A DNA stretch of 63,680 nt, counting the filler, from Chiloscyllium plagiosum (taxonomy: Eukaryota): the NCBI RefSeq assembly GCF_004010195.1. It is 4 parts of one record of this genome, joined end to end, with 100 filler letters (N's around TTAATTAATTAA, not from the genome) between each part and the next. Parts side by side here need not be neighbours in the genome. Positions count along the whole stretch, not along the records: positions 1 to 28,500 come from NC_057713.1; positions 28,601 to 51,360 come from NC_057713.1; 2 more parts are not named here. The stretch is one strand, 5' to 3'. Shown piece after piece: positions 24,651 through 38,195 of the stretch. The position numbers and the translations under genes are program-made. The first letter of the stretch is position 1, and every line of letters starts with the position of its first letter. Under the pieces are notes generated by a model. It saw only the letters and a list, made by a program, of their open reading frames with translations. It was not told the DNA's origin and did no database searches.

Positions 24651-27600
24651 CTAAGATTCTTGCAGATTGCCTGTATGGCTAAGACAGGCTACAGAGTGTC
24701 TGTCTGTCCTGTAACAATGCAGTGAAACCTCCTATCCCATCTACTGGCCAGTTGCCATTATTTAGTCTTTTTTTGGATTTATGGATTTGTCTGCTGGCTC
24801 AGGAATTAAATTACTTTGGACATTGGGTTGTGTGTTACAGGTGCTGCAATATGTAGTGCTGTAAATGGATGGCAGTGTTCAAATGGCAGCTCACCACCAC
24901 TTCCTCATGGTCAACTAGAGATGGGCAATAAATTCTAGTCCAGCCAGCAATGCCTACTTCCCAGGAATGAATTTTAAAACATAACCGTAGAACTTGCGGT
25001 TAATTGCTTTCCCTACACTGCCTGAACTTCATCACATGTTTTGTGCAGGGAGAACAATAGCGGTCAAAATATTGCAAAGGATACAGATTCCCAAACGAAG
25101 TAAAATGCTGTGCATTTATAAAAAGACAAACAAAAACTGATACAAAATGAATTGTATGCTTAAATTTAGACAATTGCATCAATGAAGTGATCAAGGCACT
25201 CTAGGGGAACAAATATTGATATTGTAACAAATCAAAAGGTAAAGAATATTTTGAATTCAGTGTCCAATACTATGGAGTTTTGGTTACCGATCATAAAATA
25301 ATGCAAATAAAAAGATATTCAGCCCACTGTAGTCTATCAATCCAGATTAACCTCCGAATTCATCTTTAGAACATTCAACTTTCTTAAATGACTGCAGTGA
25401 TGAATATTTAACACAATTGCAATGCTAAACTGCCCCAGTGATCTGTATTGTTTCAGCAATAATTCCTTGGTTTATATTTTATTATAAAGCACAAGATACA
25501 GTCTTATGCTTAATGTGCTGATTACTCATCAACAATGAATGGACAGATTAAACCCGAGATTATTAATAACTTGAAAGTTTAGTTGCTGTATTTACATTAG
25601 ATACTACAGGGACTTTTTTTTCTTTCAGATGAGAGTTGGGCTGCTTTTTGGGCATGGTGTGAGATTACAGTGGACTGTCCAACCTGAGACGGAAACCTGA
25701 GATAGTGGAAATCTGGAGTGGACTGCCCAGCCCTGGACGGAAATCTGAGATAGATAAGTTTTTGTTAAGCAAAGCTGTTAAAGCCAGGTACTGTAAATGG
25801 AGTTAGACCACAGACCAGTCATGATCTCATTGAATAGTAGAACACGCTTGAGGGGCTGAATGGCCTACTCCTGTCTCTCCCTTCCTATTGAAAGTCAGCT
25901 GGTAGCTGATGCAACAGAAAAGAAGTCTGCCTTGTAGATGTAACAGGCCACTGGTTGGCTAGATGAGGGGAGAATGAGACACTGTCCCTCAGAGGGAGCA
26001 AGTCACTAACTTGAGAGTTGCTGGCTAAACTAATTAGTCACCAGCTCTGGCAGTCCCAGTGGGCATTGCCAGGATTTGAACCCTTGCTGTCAGTGTTATT
26101 TTGAATTACACCCTAGCCAAGTAGCTGATCAACTGAGCTAACCAACATCCTTTTAAAATGTTATTCACCTGTCATAATTTCCAGTTCTAGCACAAGTTCC
26201 ACAATTGAAATTTTAGCTTTTGGTTGAGTGTTGCTGGCATTTCCTGTTGTTATTTAAATTTGCCATTGATACTTAGGACCGATAATGTAAATAAAATTTA
26301 AAATTATATATTTCGTAAATTTAGCTTTTTATTAAAATTAACTTGACTCCTAAGTACATTGTGCTATGTTTGAAGGATTCATGGCATCGAGCAAACGTTT
26401 TTCAAATTGCTGAGATTTTCCCAATATTGTAACAATAATAAGGCATTTGGAAAAAACCTTGTCATCCGTGTGACATGGCTCAATTATACACTTACCTGAA
26501 AGTCGTCATTATGACTTAGGAGGTAGTTCAATGGCTTTATTCTCTAAACCCCTAAAGTCATAAGATGTGCAAGTTACGTCAACATGTACTGCACAGCATT
26601 GCAGTCACAGACATACTTTATGATCCCTGTAGAGTCCAAGAATATTGCAAAAAGAAAGGGAACCCATGTATAGTTTGGGAACATGGTTGGCATGGACTAG
26701 TTGGACTGAAGGGTCTGTTTCCATGCTGTAAGACTCTATGACTCTGTAACAGGATATCTCTAGACAAGATTTGTTCAAGTCACTCACTCAAATAAATCAG
26801 TATTTGAAACATTAATTATCAGAGAAAGGACATTTCAATTAAAAATGTGAATTTCACTTCAAAGTAGTTGATACACCAAAGTTACACTGCATGTAGTTAC
26901 AAATACTTACATTATTTCCCATTTAAAGTGGGACCATGTGCAATCTCACAGTCTCTCCAACTCAGATTGTTTTGTAGGATTTCTCAGAGTCCATCTTATC
27001 ATTTCAGTTCTTGAGTTGCACTCACCAGCAGCTCATTTCATCTGAAGCCCAAGGTGCAAATCTACCAACTCTCTCACAATAGCCGTGGGGGTACAGGGTC
27101 CACAGGGACTGCGCAGTGGAAATCCAAGGTCAGGTGGGGTTTTTTTTGGAATTTATTGATGTCATATTCAGGAAACCAATTAATCTTCTTTAATGGTCAG
27201 CCTGCGCAATTCTCTGCTGCAGAAAGCCATTGTAGTCCATACATTGAACATTTTCAAGAAGTAGTCAGATAGTTTTGAGGGTTAATGGGATTAAAGTGTA
27301 TGGGGTGAAAGTGGGAGCAGGGTACTGAGCTGGATGATCAACCACAATCCTATGAATGGCGGAGCAGCCTCAAAGGGCTGAATGGTCTACCTCTGTTTCT
27401 ATCTTCTATATTTCTATATATCACAAATATATTGATTTAACTCAGCTAGGTTCCCAAAAAATAAATGGGAGCTTTAATCGATGACAATTACGTTAGTGCC
27501 AATTTTGAGTTCTTTCCAAAGTTGAACTTCACAGCCAATATTTTAAATTTAAAAAGTAATCTTATAATGCTGGTGATATCTAGCAACTAAAATTAAACTA

Positions 27601-27943
27601 GATGTGGAAGATTTCTTTATTGCTGAAAGGGGTGCAATATGAAGACAATGCTTTAATTTTTGCATTCATGCTTTTTGGCTCTGCGTTGCTTTATCTATTA
27701 TCTATTTATGTGAGACCAGTAAGTGCAGCAAAGGGCCAATCTTAGTGATACAAACAAATTTAGATTCCAGAATAATATTATGTGATCAGATCAACAAGTA
27801 AATTCATTACACTCTGAATTATATCCTTACAAGTTCTTTCTTGCTGAGTCAGCTATGCCTTTGTTTCTCCTTCATGGACCTATTGTAGTTCTACAACACC
27901 GTATGTTTCTCACTATCCCTTCCATTGACACAACTTAGAAGAA

Positions 27944-29312
27944 GGTAAAAACAATGACTGCAGATGCTGGAAACCAGATTCTGGATTCGTGGTGCTGGAA
28001 GAGCACAGCAGTTCAGGCAGCATCCAAGGAGCTTCGAAATCGACGTTTTGGGGAAAAGCCCTTCATCAGGAATAAAGGCAGTGAGCCTTGAGCGTGGAGA
28101 GATAAGCTAGAGGAGAGTGGGGATGGGGAGAAAGTAGCATAGAGTACAATGGGTGAGTGGAGGAGGGGATGAAGGTGATAGGTCAGGGAGGAGAGGGTGG
28201 AGTGGATAGGTGGAAAAGGAGATAGGCAGGTAGGACAAGTCCGGACAAGTCATGGGGACAGTGCTGAGCTGGAAGTTTGGAACTAGGGTGAGGTGGGGGA
28301 AGGGAAAATGAGGAAGCTGTTGAAGTCCACATTGATGCCCTGGGGTTAAAGTGTTCCGAGGCGGAAGATGAGGCATTCTTCCTCCAGGCATCTGGTGGTG
28401 AGGGAGCAGTGGTGAAAGAGGCCCAGGACCTCCATGTCCTCGGCAGAGTGGGAGGGAAAGTTGAAATGTTGGGCCACAGGGCGGTATGGTTGATTGGTGC
28501 NNNNNNNNNNNNNNNNNNNNNNNNNNNNNNNNNNNNNNNNNNNNTTAATTAATTAANNNNNNNNNNNNNNNNNNNNNNNNNNNNNNNNNNNNNNNNNNNN
28601 CAGGAATTGCAAAACCTGCGCCCACACCTCCTCCCTACCCTCAATCCAAGGCCCTAAAGGAGCCTTCCACATCCATCAAAGTTTTACCTGCACATCCACC
28701 AATATCATTTATTGTATCCATTGCTCCCGATGTGGTGTCCTCTACATTGGGGAGACTGGACGCCTCCTAGCAGAGCACTTTAGGGAACATCTCCGGGACA
28801 CCCGCACCAATCAACCACACTGCCCTGGGGCCCGACATTTCAACTCCCCCTCCCACTCTGCCGAGGACATGGAGGTCCCGGGCCTCCTTCACTGCCACTC
28901 CCTCACCACCTGACGCCTGGAGGAGGAACTCCGCATCTTCTGCCTTTAACACTTCAACCCCGGGCATCAATGTCGACTTCAATAGTTTCCTCATTTCCCC
29001 TTCCCCACCTCACCCTAGTTCCAAATTTACAGCTCAGCACTGTCCCTATGACTTGTCCTACCTGCCTATCTTCTTTTCCACCTATCCATTCCACCCTCTC
29101 CTCCCTGACCTATCACCTTCATTCCCTCCCCCACTCACCTATTGTACTCTATGCTACTTTCTCCCCACCCCCACCCTCCTATAGCTTATCTCTCCAGACT
29201 TCAGGTTCTCTGCCTTTATTCCTGATGAAGGGTTTTTGCCTGAAACATTGATTTTACTGCTCCTCCGATGCTGCCTGAACTGCTGTGCTCTTCCAGCACC
29301 ACTAATCCAGAA
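27944..29312. mobile_element. Inverted PLE arms with GIY-YIG remnants (family A-like), spanning a linker gap
   Basis: Right arm: NCKTC...FTCTSTNIIYCIHCSRCGVLYIGETGRLLAEHFREHL. Left arm is the reverse complement of the right arm's 3' part. Hammerhead remnants at 28038-28073 (-) and 29218-29253 (+). Confidence 0.82.
28501..28600. other. Artificial contig-join linker (44N-TTAATTAATTAA-44N)
   Basis: Identical 100-nt construct at 28501, 51361 and 61252; the 12-mer has stops in all six frames. Confidence 0.95.
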
Positions 29313-29419
29313 TATTGTTATATTTGTCTATGTCCACCTGTGTGTAAAAATTTAAAAGGTGTTTTGAGTTTTAACCAGTAGAGTCATATATTGATAATTC
29401 ATACCTGTTTACTTTTAGT

Positions 29420-30170
29420 TAGAGTACTGACTGAATGGCAGGACATTAGGGAACTCAGAGGAACTGCGAAATCTTGGGTCGTTGTCTACAAATCCCTGAA
29501 AGTTACAGGGAAGGTTAATATGGTAGTTAAAAAGCACATGAGAAACTTGCCTTAATCAGTCCTGTCATAGATTATGAGAGCAGGGGAGGGTTATGTTGGA
29601 GCTGTTCAGGAGTTTGATTAGGCCACAGCTGGTATACTGTGTGCAATTCTGGTCACTGCACTATAGGAAGGATGTGATTGCAGTGAAGGAGGTGCAAAGG
29701 AGGTTCACCAGGATGTTATCTGGGACGGAGCACTTTAGTTATGAAGAGAGGCTAGATAAGCTCAATTTGCTTTTTTTTAGAGCAAAGAAGACTGAGGGGA
29801 TCTAGCTGAGGTGTATAAGGTTGAGGAGCATGGACATAGGTAGAGAGAAAGCAGCTGATCCACTTAATTGAAGGGACAATAACATGGGGACATAATTTTA
29901 AGCTAAAGGACAGGCGGTTCAGAAGGGATTGGAAGAAAAAAAGTTTTTACCCAGATAGTGGTAAAAGTCTAGAATTCATTGTCTGGGAGTGTAGTTGAGG
30001 CGGTAAACTTCATAACCTCGAACAAGTATTTAGATAAACACTTGAAATGCCAGACCATTCGAGACTCTGGGTCAAGTGCTGGGATGTGTGACTTGTGGAA
30101 ATTTGGAATAGTTTCGTCAGTGCAGACTCCATAGGCCAAAGAGCCTATCACATACCATATGATTCTACAA
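29420..30170 (+). mobile_element. CR1 3' fragment
   Basis: LIRPQLVYCVQFWSLHYRKDVIAVKEVQRRFTRML. Confidence 0.85.
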
Positions 30171-32180
30171 TAGTTCTTGTTAAGTGCAGGAGGCTGGTCA
30201 GTTTTTTTTTTCTGTTAGCTTAATTCTAACAGATAAATTCGGGACTTCAATTAGATCATTAAGTTTTGTGGCAACCCTAGGAATTGTGTGTTCTGCAAAT
30301 CAGCATACTTTCTCAAGTGGGTCATAACAGTAAACTCAGTCTGTGGTTTATAATCTCAAGTCTCTGATGTACTGGATCTGGTTTCTTAAATAAATTCAAA
30401 GCTTTAAAGTTGTCATGAAAGTCTTATACAAAGAAGGGTTTGCTGCTGGTTGTGAAGTTTTTTTCCTGTCTAATACATAGAAATTAAGTTTGACTGTGAA
30501 CCTAAAATGGAACCGATGATGTACTTTTGTGTCTGAAGTCTTGCAGCTTGATTCTGAGTCTGCTTCAGTGGCTGGTTGAACTGATATATGGACAGCTTGT
30601 GTGGATCACATCAGCAAACTGCTGTTACTATTCTTTGGTTCTGAGGAAGGGTCACTCAACCCACAACATTAACACTGATTTCTCTCCACTAACGCTGCCA
30701 GGGTCTGAGTTTTTTCAGCTATTTCTGTTTTTGTTACTACTCACTGGGGCAGCATGAAAATTAAGTCCCACTATTCCCAGAGTCATCACAAAAATAATGG
30801 TTTATGAAGTACTCCAAGTTCCCCAACTTACATGACCATCAGACCCAAGTTGATAGAATATATGGACCAGACTTCTGTACTGCTTATGAATTACTGCTTG
30901 TTACAAATAGTTACCCTCTATCTATAGGTAAACAGTTATAAAATATTGGCATATAATTATACCAATGAAAATTCTACTCTCTTTACAAATTCCTCCTTAC
31001 CCATGCACAGATAGACAAACAGACAAGGAAAATAGAATTCTTGGGCAAAGTGGCAAATCTGGAACAAAGGTTCTTCAATCTTTGTTCCCATGTACTGTTG
31101 ATGGAGTGATTCTTCTGTTGGCCAAAACATTACTTCAGTGACCTTTCTCTGGTAACTGGTTAGTAAGTAGTACAAAGTGGCTGATATTCTTGCAAAATGT
31201 TTCTGACTTATCAGTCATAACTTACAACAATGATTGCAGGAAAGGTAAACTGGCTTTCTTCAGGTTTACAATGAGTTTGGACTGCAGAGAGCAGAAAGAC
31301 AGCTCCTGAGCTGGAGGGAACTGATATCTTCTCTCTCTCTTTCTCTCTTTTTGTAACTTTTTCTCAGCTCCAAGCTGTTCAGTAATCTGAGAACCAATCA
31401 CACAATTGTTTGCAGGCAGAAGATGTCTGTCATTCATGACTGGTCACTAGTCCCTGGAACAATCAACCTCTTGCTTCCACCCAGCTACATTTGCACACCT
31501 CTTTGGCTCCAAAATACCTACAACACAAATTTTAATTCCTGCTTGTTCAAATAGTTGTTTGCATGATGGTTGGCATTGATGTCAGATTACTCACTTTCAA
31601 AATGTATAGTTATCCTTAGAAACATTGATTTTGAAACAGCTTCTTCTCAATTCAATCCATCATTTTAATAATCTTTTAAACAAATGAGAAAACATGGCTA
31701 TTTCATTATGTGACTTTTTTCGAGTATGAGGACCTTTCAAAACAAGATTCCAAACAAGATTTCACATTAATTGCATGAGTTGTGTTGTGATTTAACACTT
31801 CTGAGGTCCACCCAGTTTAGTTTGCATAGGTGTGGACATCATGATAAAATGGGAAGTTGATATACATTTGCATCTGTCACAGACTGAGTTTCAATCTTTA
31901 GTATGGAAGTTAGAAACAGATAGTCTGGACACTTCATTGCGTTTAGATCCTCAGATCTGAACAAGACCCATTTTGGACTTAAAATACTAATTCTGTTACT
32001 TCTGTTTCTTTAATTTCTGTTCTTGCTTTTAATTCTAACTATTGCATTCTAAGATGGTACAGGAGAGTTGAGACTGTACACTTTTCACTGTACTGCTGTA
32101 CTCTTGTACACGTGCCAATAAAATCTAATGTAATAAAATCTAATAACAGTATTGCTAGACCACTAAACTTCACCAGCATT

Positions 32181-32735
32181 TAGAACATAGAACATAGTGG
32201 GCGGCACGGTGGCACAGTGGTTAGCACTGCTGCCTCACAGCGCCAGAGACCCGTGTTCAATACCCGCCTCAGGCGACTGACTGTGTGGAGTTTGCACATT
32301 CTCCCCGTGTCTGCGGAGGCTTCCTCCGGGTGCTCCGGTTTCTTCCCACAGTCCAAAAATGTGCAGGTTCGGTGAATTAGCCATTCTAAATTGCCTGTAG
32401 TGTTAGGTGCAGGGGTAAATGTAGGGGAATACGTTTCTAAGGATAATTATACGAAGGGTGGGTGCGCTTCGGTGGGTCAGTGTGGACTTGTTGGGCCGAA
32501 GGGCCTGTTTCCACACTGTAAGTAATCTAATCGAAAAAGAAAAGTACAGCACAGGACAGGCCTTTTGGCCCACGATGTTGTGCCAAGATTTAATCCAAAT
32601 GTAAAACATAGTAACTTAACCTTCGCACCCCTCAACTCACTGCTATCCATGTGCATGTCCAGCAGTCGCTTAAATGTACCCAATGACTCTGCTTCCACCA
32701 CCACAGCTGGCAATGCATTCCATGCATTCACTACT
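32181..32735 (-). mobile_element. CR1 3' end interrupted by a SINE
   Basis: (TAGAACA)n tail at 32181-32197; body NAWNALPAVVVEAESLGTFKRLLDMHM resumes after 32533. Confidence 0.8.
32199..32532 (+). mobile_element. HE1-like tRNA-derived SINE (V-SINE type)
   Basis: A box TGGCACAGTGG, B-box-like GTGTTCAATACC, V-domain-like TGTGTGGAGTTTGCACATTCTCCCCGTGTCTGCG...CTCCGGTTTC, CR1-derived 3' end GGGCCGAAGGGCCTGTTTCC, (TAATC)n tail. Confidence 0.88.
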
Positions 32736-32999
32736 CACTTACTGATTTAATTTTCAAATTTCAAGCATTATCAGTGTTTTGTGGAATTTTTTTTTGTTTC
32801 TTCATAGCTTTTGAGCAGTGTGTATTGAAATCAATGGATATCAGTCGAGCACTCACTATGGCTATTTTAAGGGTTTATCAAATTTTGCTGTCCTTGTAAA
32901 ACAAGAAATCACAGCAGGGTCACAGTCTCAATCATTTCAAAGTATGCATGGATTGTGATGTTAAGCAGAATATAATGGGATACACAAACTGAAAGATAG

Positions 33000-33975
33000 T
33001 GCAAGCTAGAAGAACAACATCTCATCTTCCACTTGGGGACCCTGTAGACTTCAGGACTTAATATCAAGATCAATACTTTTAGAGACCAAACACTTCATCC
33101 CTTGTTCTTTACCCACCCCACACCCCAGCCCAGTCATGATATAGGCTATTTTTCATCACAGCCAACCCATTTTCACATATTCATTGTCCCTATAATCAGC
33201 TTTTCTATCTTACTATCAACCATCGCTTTGTCTGCTTAACTTTGTCTCTTTCTCTTTCTGAGCTCTGCCTTCACCTCTCTGCTCACTGCTTCCCACCATC
33301 TTGCACCATGTTAACAGCATAAATATCACCTTTATTGCATACAATTTTGGTGTTTTTCCTATTGGAAAAATGTTGTGAAACTTGAAGAGGTTCAGAAAAG
33401 ATTTACAAGAATGTTGCCAGGGTTGGAGGATTTGAGCTATAGGGGGAGGCTGAATAGGCTGGGGCTGTTTTTCCTGGAGTGTCAAAGGCTGAGGGGTGAC
33501 CTCATAGAGGTTTATAAAATCATGAGGGGCATGTATAGGATAAATAGACAATGTCTTTTCCCTGGGGTGGAACTAGAGGGCATAGGTTTAGGGTAAGAGG
33601 GGAAAGATATAAAAGGGACCTAAGAGGCAGACTTTTTCACACAGAGGGTGGTGCGTGTATGGAATGAGCTGCCAGAGAAAGCAATGGAAGCTGCCAAAAT
33701 TGCAACATTTAAAAGGCATCTGGATAGTACATGAATAGGAAGGGTTTAAAGAGATATGGACTGGGTGCTGGCAAATGGGACTAGATTAGGTTGGCATATC
33801 TGATCAGCATGGACGAGTAGGTCTGAAGTTGGACGACGTTCTGTGTTTACGTCTCTATGACTCTAGTTGCTAATAGTTCTGAAGAAAGCTAACTGAACTT
33901 GAAATATTGACTCTCTTTCTGTCTCTATAGATGCTGCCAGACCTGATGAGTTGCTCCAGCAATTTCTGTTTTTGC
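33000..33975 (+). mobile_element. PLE 3' fragment with a nested CR1 3' fragment (about 33340-33866)
   Basis: KLEEQHLIFHLGTL*TSGLNIK (PLE C-terminus); CR1 KLEEVQKRFTRMLPGLE; the PLE tail resumes with CTGAAGA at 33879. Confidence 0.75.
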
Positions 33976-36849
33976 CTTGGAAATTGTCTTTGGGTCAAGG
34001 CAACTTGCCTCTTCTAAGATCGTGATGTTCAGCAATGACCATACTTGTAGAGCCATGAGTTTCACCGTAATACTTCTTTGCTCTGATTTGGGTACCTTTG
34101 GTAGGGTGATATTCAAGGGAATGGAGCTAAATCTGTCACCCACAAGTGATCCATTGAAATTATTTTCTTCTTTTAAAAGTTTGGGGATGGCTGGATTTTA
34201 CTGTATTGATTCAATCTGACAATTTTCACTACGTCTTGTGTTGAAGTGTAATCATAGCTAGTGATAGGCCAACACAATTAGGTGACTGTGGCTACAAGTC
34301 TTCATATAATAGATGACAGAGCTACCCAACTGTTGCTTTGGTGAAGTGCATTCTCCATAAGACATCTCCTATTTTGGATACTAAGTTAAACTATGTTAGC
34401 CATATATCGAATATAGTTAATTTTTGTGTGGTTCATTTTCATTAAATGTTGACTTAGACTTTTTTTTACTTCATCTGGGGCTCCAACTTCTCAATTATAA
34501 TGGGATATAATAACATAACCATGGAAAACACCATCCATTCTCCTGAGAGACTCTCATTTTGGCTGGGGAAGGGCTAGGGTGAAATCTTCCATTTGTCTTT
34601 CACTCTTGGAAACATTCAAAAGCAAGTTCAGATTTGTGTAAGCAGACTGCCAATAAATTAACTACTAAAACTCATCAAGCTGCAGAAATTGTTCCTGAAA
34701 CTATTTACATTCTGAAGGCTCCTCTCTTCATATCTCAGCTGATCCTGGCAATTATGTATGTTATCAATTTCAATCTCATTACCATGACTTCTTTGCAAAT
34801 GTAAAATCAAGAAGCTTGAAGCTATAGTGCCATAGGCCCTCATTATAATTTATATATATGATCTCACTCGAGATTGTGCAGACTGATCACAAAACTCACA
34901 AAGTCATGCATCTTGGGGTGAAACACTGATATTATCAAATTCTTGTCTCCTTTGCTTTCAAAAGCAGTTACTTATTTTTATTATATACAAAATTATAGCA
35001 AGAATGGTATGGACCTTCCAGGTCTAAGTATTAAATGCATACTTAGAGTTCAAGGCACAAAACAGTACATTTGGTCAAGTGTTCTGGGGCAGTGATAACG
35101 GTCTATAGGAGGCTCTTTATGACCTTATTTCATTGAAGCTAATTATCAGACCAAAATTAATTACCAGACCAGGAACAGAACCCAGGACACTGAAAGGAAT
35201 ACATAGAATTCTAATCCTCAGTTCATTGGGAAGCAGCTGCATACAAACCACTGTTTGAGCACCAATGGAGGGAATAACAGTTTACTCATAATGTTTTAAA
35301 AGGGAGCTTATTTAATAGCAAAAGAATTTAATGAGTTCTTAACATATCGCTTTTTTCTGCGAAAATCAATTTCCTTTCATGACCTCAAGATATCTCAAAG
35401 TACTCTCTAGCCTACTCTGCAACTGCAGTCATTGTTGCAAAGGCAGGCATTGTTGCTAAGGGAGGCATTGTTGCTAAGGGAGGCATGTTGCTGATATTTT
35501 GGTCTTTCACCCATCAGAATAAATGCAAGAATGCCAAATCAAAAATATACACAAAAATGTATCCTGCAGGAGGAGACGGTGCTGATTGTTTGGCAAGTCT
35601 GATTGACCGAGGCCTTGCTGTAGAGAGTGCAATGTGGATCTCCAGTTAGCTTGAGCTCCCAAGTAATAGAAAAAAAGGTGCAGGGCTTCAGCATACTCCT
35701 TTTGATCAGAAAGAAAAGGTTCTTGCTTATGAATACATGTCACTTCATCCAAGTGTCAATGAGCCACACTATGAGTTTGACTGATTTGCTTTAAGTTGAA
35801 TGTTGGAATAGCTAGAAGCACAATTGGGATAGCTCAGCCAGTGCTGCCTCGTCTCAGAATTATTTCTAACAACAAAAGTTTTAGTTTTAGATTTGGAAAG
35901 TACAGCTGGTTACATACGGTTTGTTCTTTGAATATTAAAATAACCAGTGGAAAATGCTGTTCGATTGGATCAGCCAACTGTTGGGATGGAAGCCTATGTA
36001 TCTAGCATTGCACCTGCACTGAATGTCAAAGGGGTGAAATTTATCAGGAAAAGCTGGAAACAGGGAGTAACCAGATCAACTGTGATCTTATTGAGTGGCA
36101 GATCAGACTGAGGGGATTTCTTCTCCAGCTTTGTATATTTGTATGTATATTCTTATTTGATGTTGCTCAATTTTGTAGTAGATGTTGCCTTTGTGGTGTA
36201 ATTTGAAGTAGATTGGCACTAGTCCACACTGGCTGACTGGTAGAGGCAGCCTTTCACCCATTTGTGTGTCTGTACATGTACAACAAACAAACCATTTGTT
36301 CACCTTCCACACAACATAGACATAGAGCACATTAAAGTTAGCCATTGAGACTTTGGTTATCCTGATCAGATCATTGTTTGCTGTGCATTTTGAAAACTTA
36401 CAAAGGAGCCCAAGGCCACCATATTCAGACATGAAAAGTGTCTGGTCGACTTCAAGTTGTCTTGGAAAGGTAAAGCACCCCCAAAATTTGAACAACAGGT
36501 TGAGAAAGCTGTTTCATTCTCCTGCTGTGTAGTAGCTCTTGAGTGGCATTTTCCACTATTGGGGTGTTGTACTTAGTCCAAAATAGCAATTTGTCTCCCA
36601 TTTGCTGAGCAATCTTAAGCATGAATTTTAGTTTCTGTGCAATATCAGGTACAAAGGCTGTACATAACAATAATTGGCTGATTACATCAACTACATATTC
36701 CATCAATGTAGGCAATAATTAGTGTATAAACTACAGTCAATCAGACAGCACTTGCAAAACCTGAAATAAACCGTCCATTGGTAAAAGTAACTCTGCAATT
36801 GCATACCATTTTTTGCACAGAGGGTGGTATGTGTATGGAATGAACAGAA

Positions 36850-37650
36850 GGCCACTCAGCACTTTGATTCCGCTCCACTTGATCTGATAATCCTCAACTC
36901 CGCTTTCCTTCCTTATCTCCATAAATCCTGTGGGGATGAAAAATCTTGCTGATGAAAAATCTTTCTATATTAGTCTTAGACAAGCCTTAGTGGTAAAGAA
37001 GTCCACAGATGCATGAATATCTGAGAGACCATCCTTATCTCTGTCTGAAATGGGTGACCCTTTACTCTGAGATTATGTCCTCAAGCCCAAGGCTCTCATA
37101 TAAAGTGAAGTAACCTCTCCACATGTTGTCAAACCTCTGAACAGTCTTCTATGTTTTAATTAGGTCTCCTCATTCTTCTAAATTCAGATGAATTGGAATT
37201 TAAATCTATCAACTCAACCATCCCTCAAAATAAAATTTCTTCATAATTGGAAATTAAACTGATAAAACTTCCCAGGACCACCAATATATTTTCCTTAGAT
37301 AAGGGGAATAAAACAGTTCACAGTATTTGAGATGTCATTTGACTTGTGTCTTGTTTATCTTTTGCAAGACTTCCCTATTTTTACGCACAATTCCCTTTGA
37401 AATAAAGGTCAACATTCAATTTGCCTTCCCTGTTATTTGCTGAACATATATAATAGCTTCTTGTGATTCATGCACAAAGACCAAAAATTCCCTTTGTGCT
37501 GTAGCTTTCTGCAGTCTTACCATGTCATATATATTCAGCTCCTTTATCCTTCCTGCTAAAGTGCATGACCTCACATTTTCCTCATATTATATTCTATTTG
37601 CAAAGTTATTGCCCACTCATTTCACCTGGCTATATCTCTCTATTGACTAT
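36850..37650 (-). mobile_element. Old CR1 RT/3' fragment
   Basis: Reverse complement matches the CR1 KCEVMHF...RE.LVLVH...3' region. Confidence 0.7.
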
Positions 37651-37959
37651 TCAGGCTGAATCTTACATTCTTTTGACAAAGTGTCAGTTTTATTGAGTTT
37701 CATGGAGGGTTCCTCATGTCAAGGTCTCGCAAAATCACTTGCCATATCTTACAAATTTGGCTCAATAACTACCTACTATTATATTTCTCTTGTACAATCT
37801 TTCCACTCTCCACACTGGAACAGCTGGCCACTGCTAGGACATCCTGAAATGGATTAACGTCCCTGGCACTGGAGGTATCCTAAAAAGGCTATTGTGCACC
37901 AGACAAGCACTATCAGCCTGGAGCTGCCCTCTGTGGTTCTTAACATTTGCTTCTGATAT

Positions 37960-38195
37960 TATGGGCAAGGGGAAATTGCATCTTCCTTTGTGGAATAGGC
38001 CAGGAGGCCCCACTGGATGGCATGGTGCAGATGCAGGATGTCCTCTCCCCTCAAGCCTGATAACAGATGCTGCAACATGAGACCATGCCAGTCTGGTTCA
38101 AGGTTTCCAGGTATGTCAGTGTAGTTCCAGTCATCTGGAGGAATGTACAGCAATGCAGGAAGGAGGTCAATGATTGTTTCCACTCTGTCAGAGTG
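37960..38195 (+). mobile_element. Myb/SANT-like (trihelix) relic, PIF/Harbinger ORF type
   Basis: LDGMVQMQDVLSP...HETMPVWFKVSRYVSVVPVIWRNVQQCRKEVNDCFHSVR matches the W..V...V......R...QCRKK.ND pattern. A second relic at about 44580-44670 reads RNVQHCRKKVND. Confidence 0.55.

Noticed and set aside
28545..28556. TTAATTAATTAA palindrome recurring at 28545, 51405 and 61296
   Set aside because: Always centred in 44N+44N; an artificial six-frame-stop linker, not biology.
30641..30680. Further hammerhead-like remnants (also near 8846, 31958, 33879, 48760, 58470)
   Set aside because: Core or stems too degraded to call as ribozymes; treated only as old PLE tails.
32199..32270. tRNA gene
   Set aside because: It is the tRNA-derived head of an HE1-like SINE and continues into the SINE body and CR1-like tail.
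35507..36715. Several 80-130 aa minus-strand ORFs
   Set aside because: No recognisable homology or exon structure; consistent with chance.
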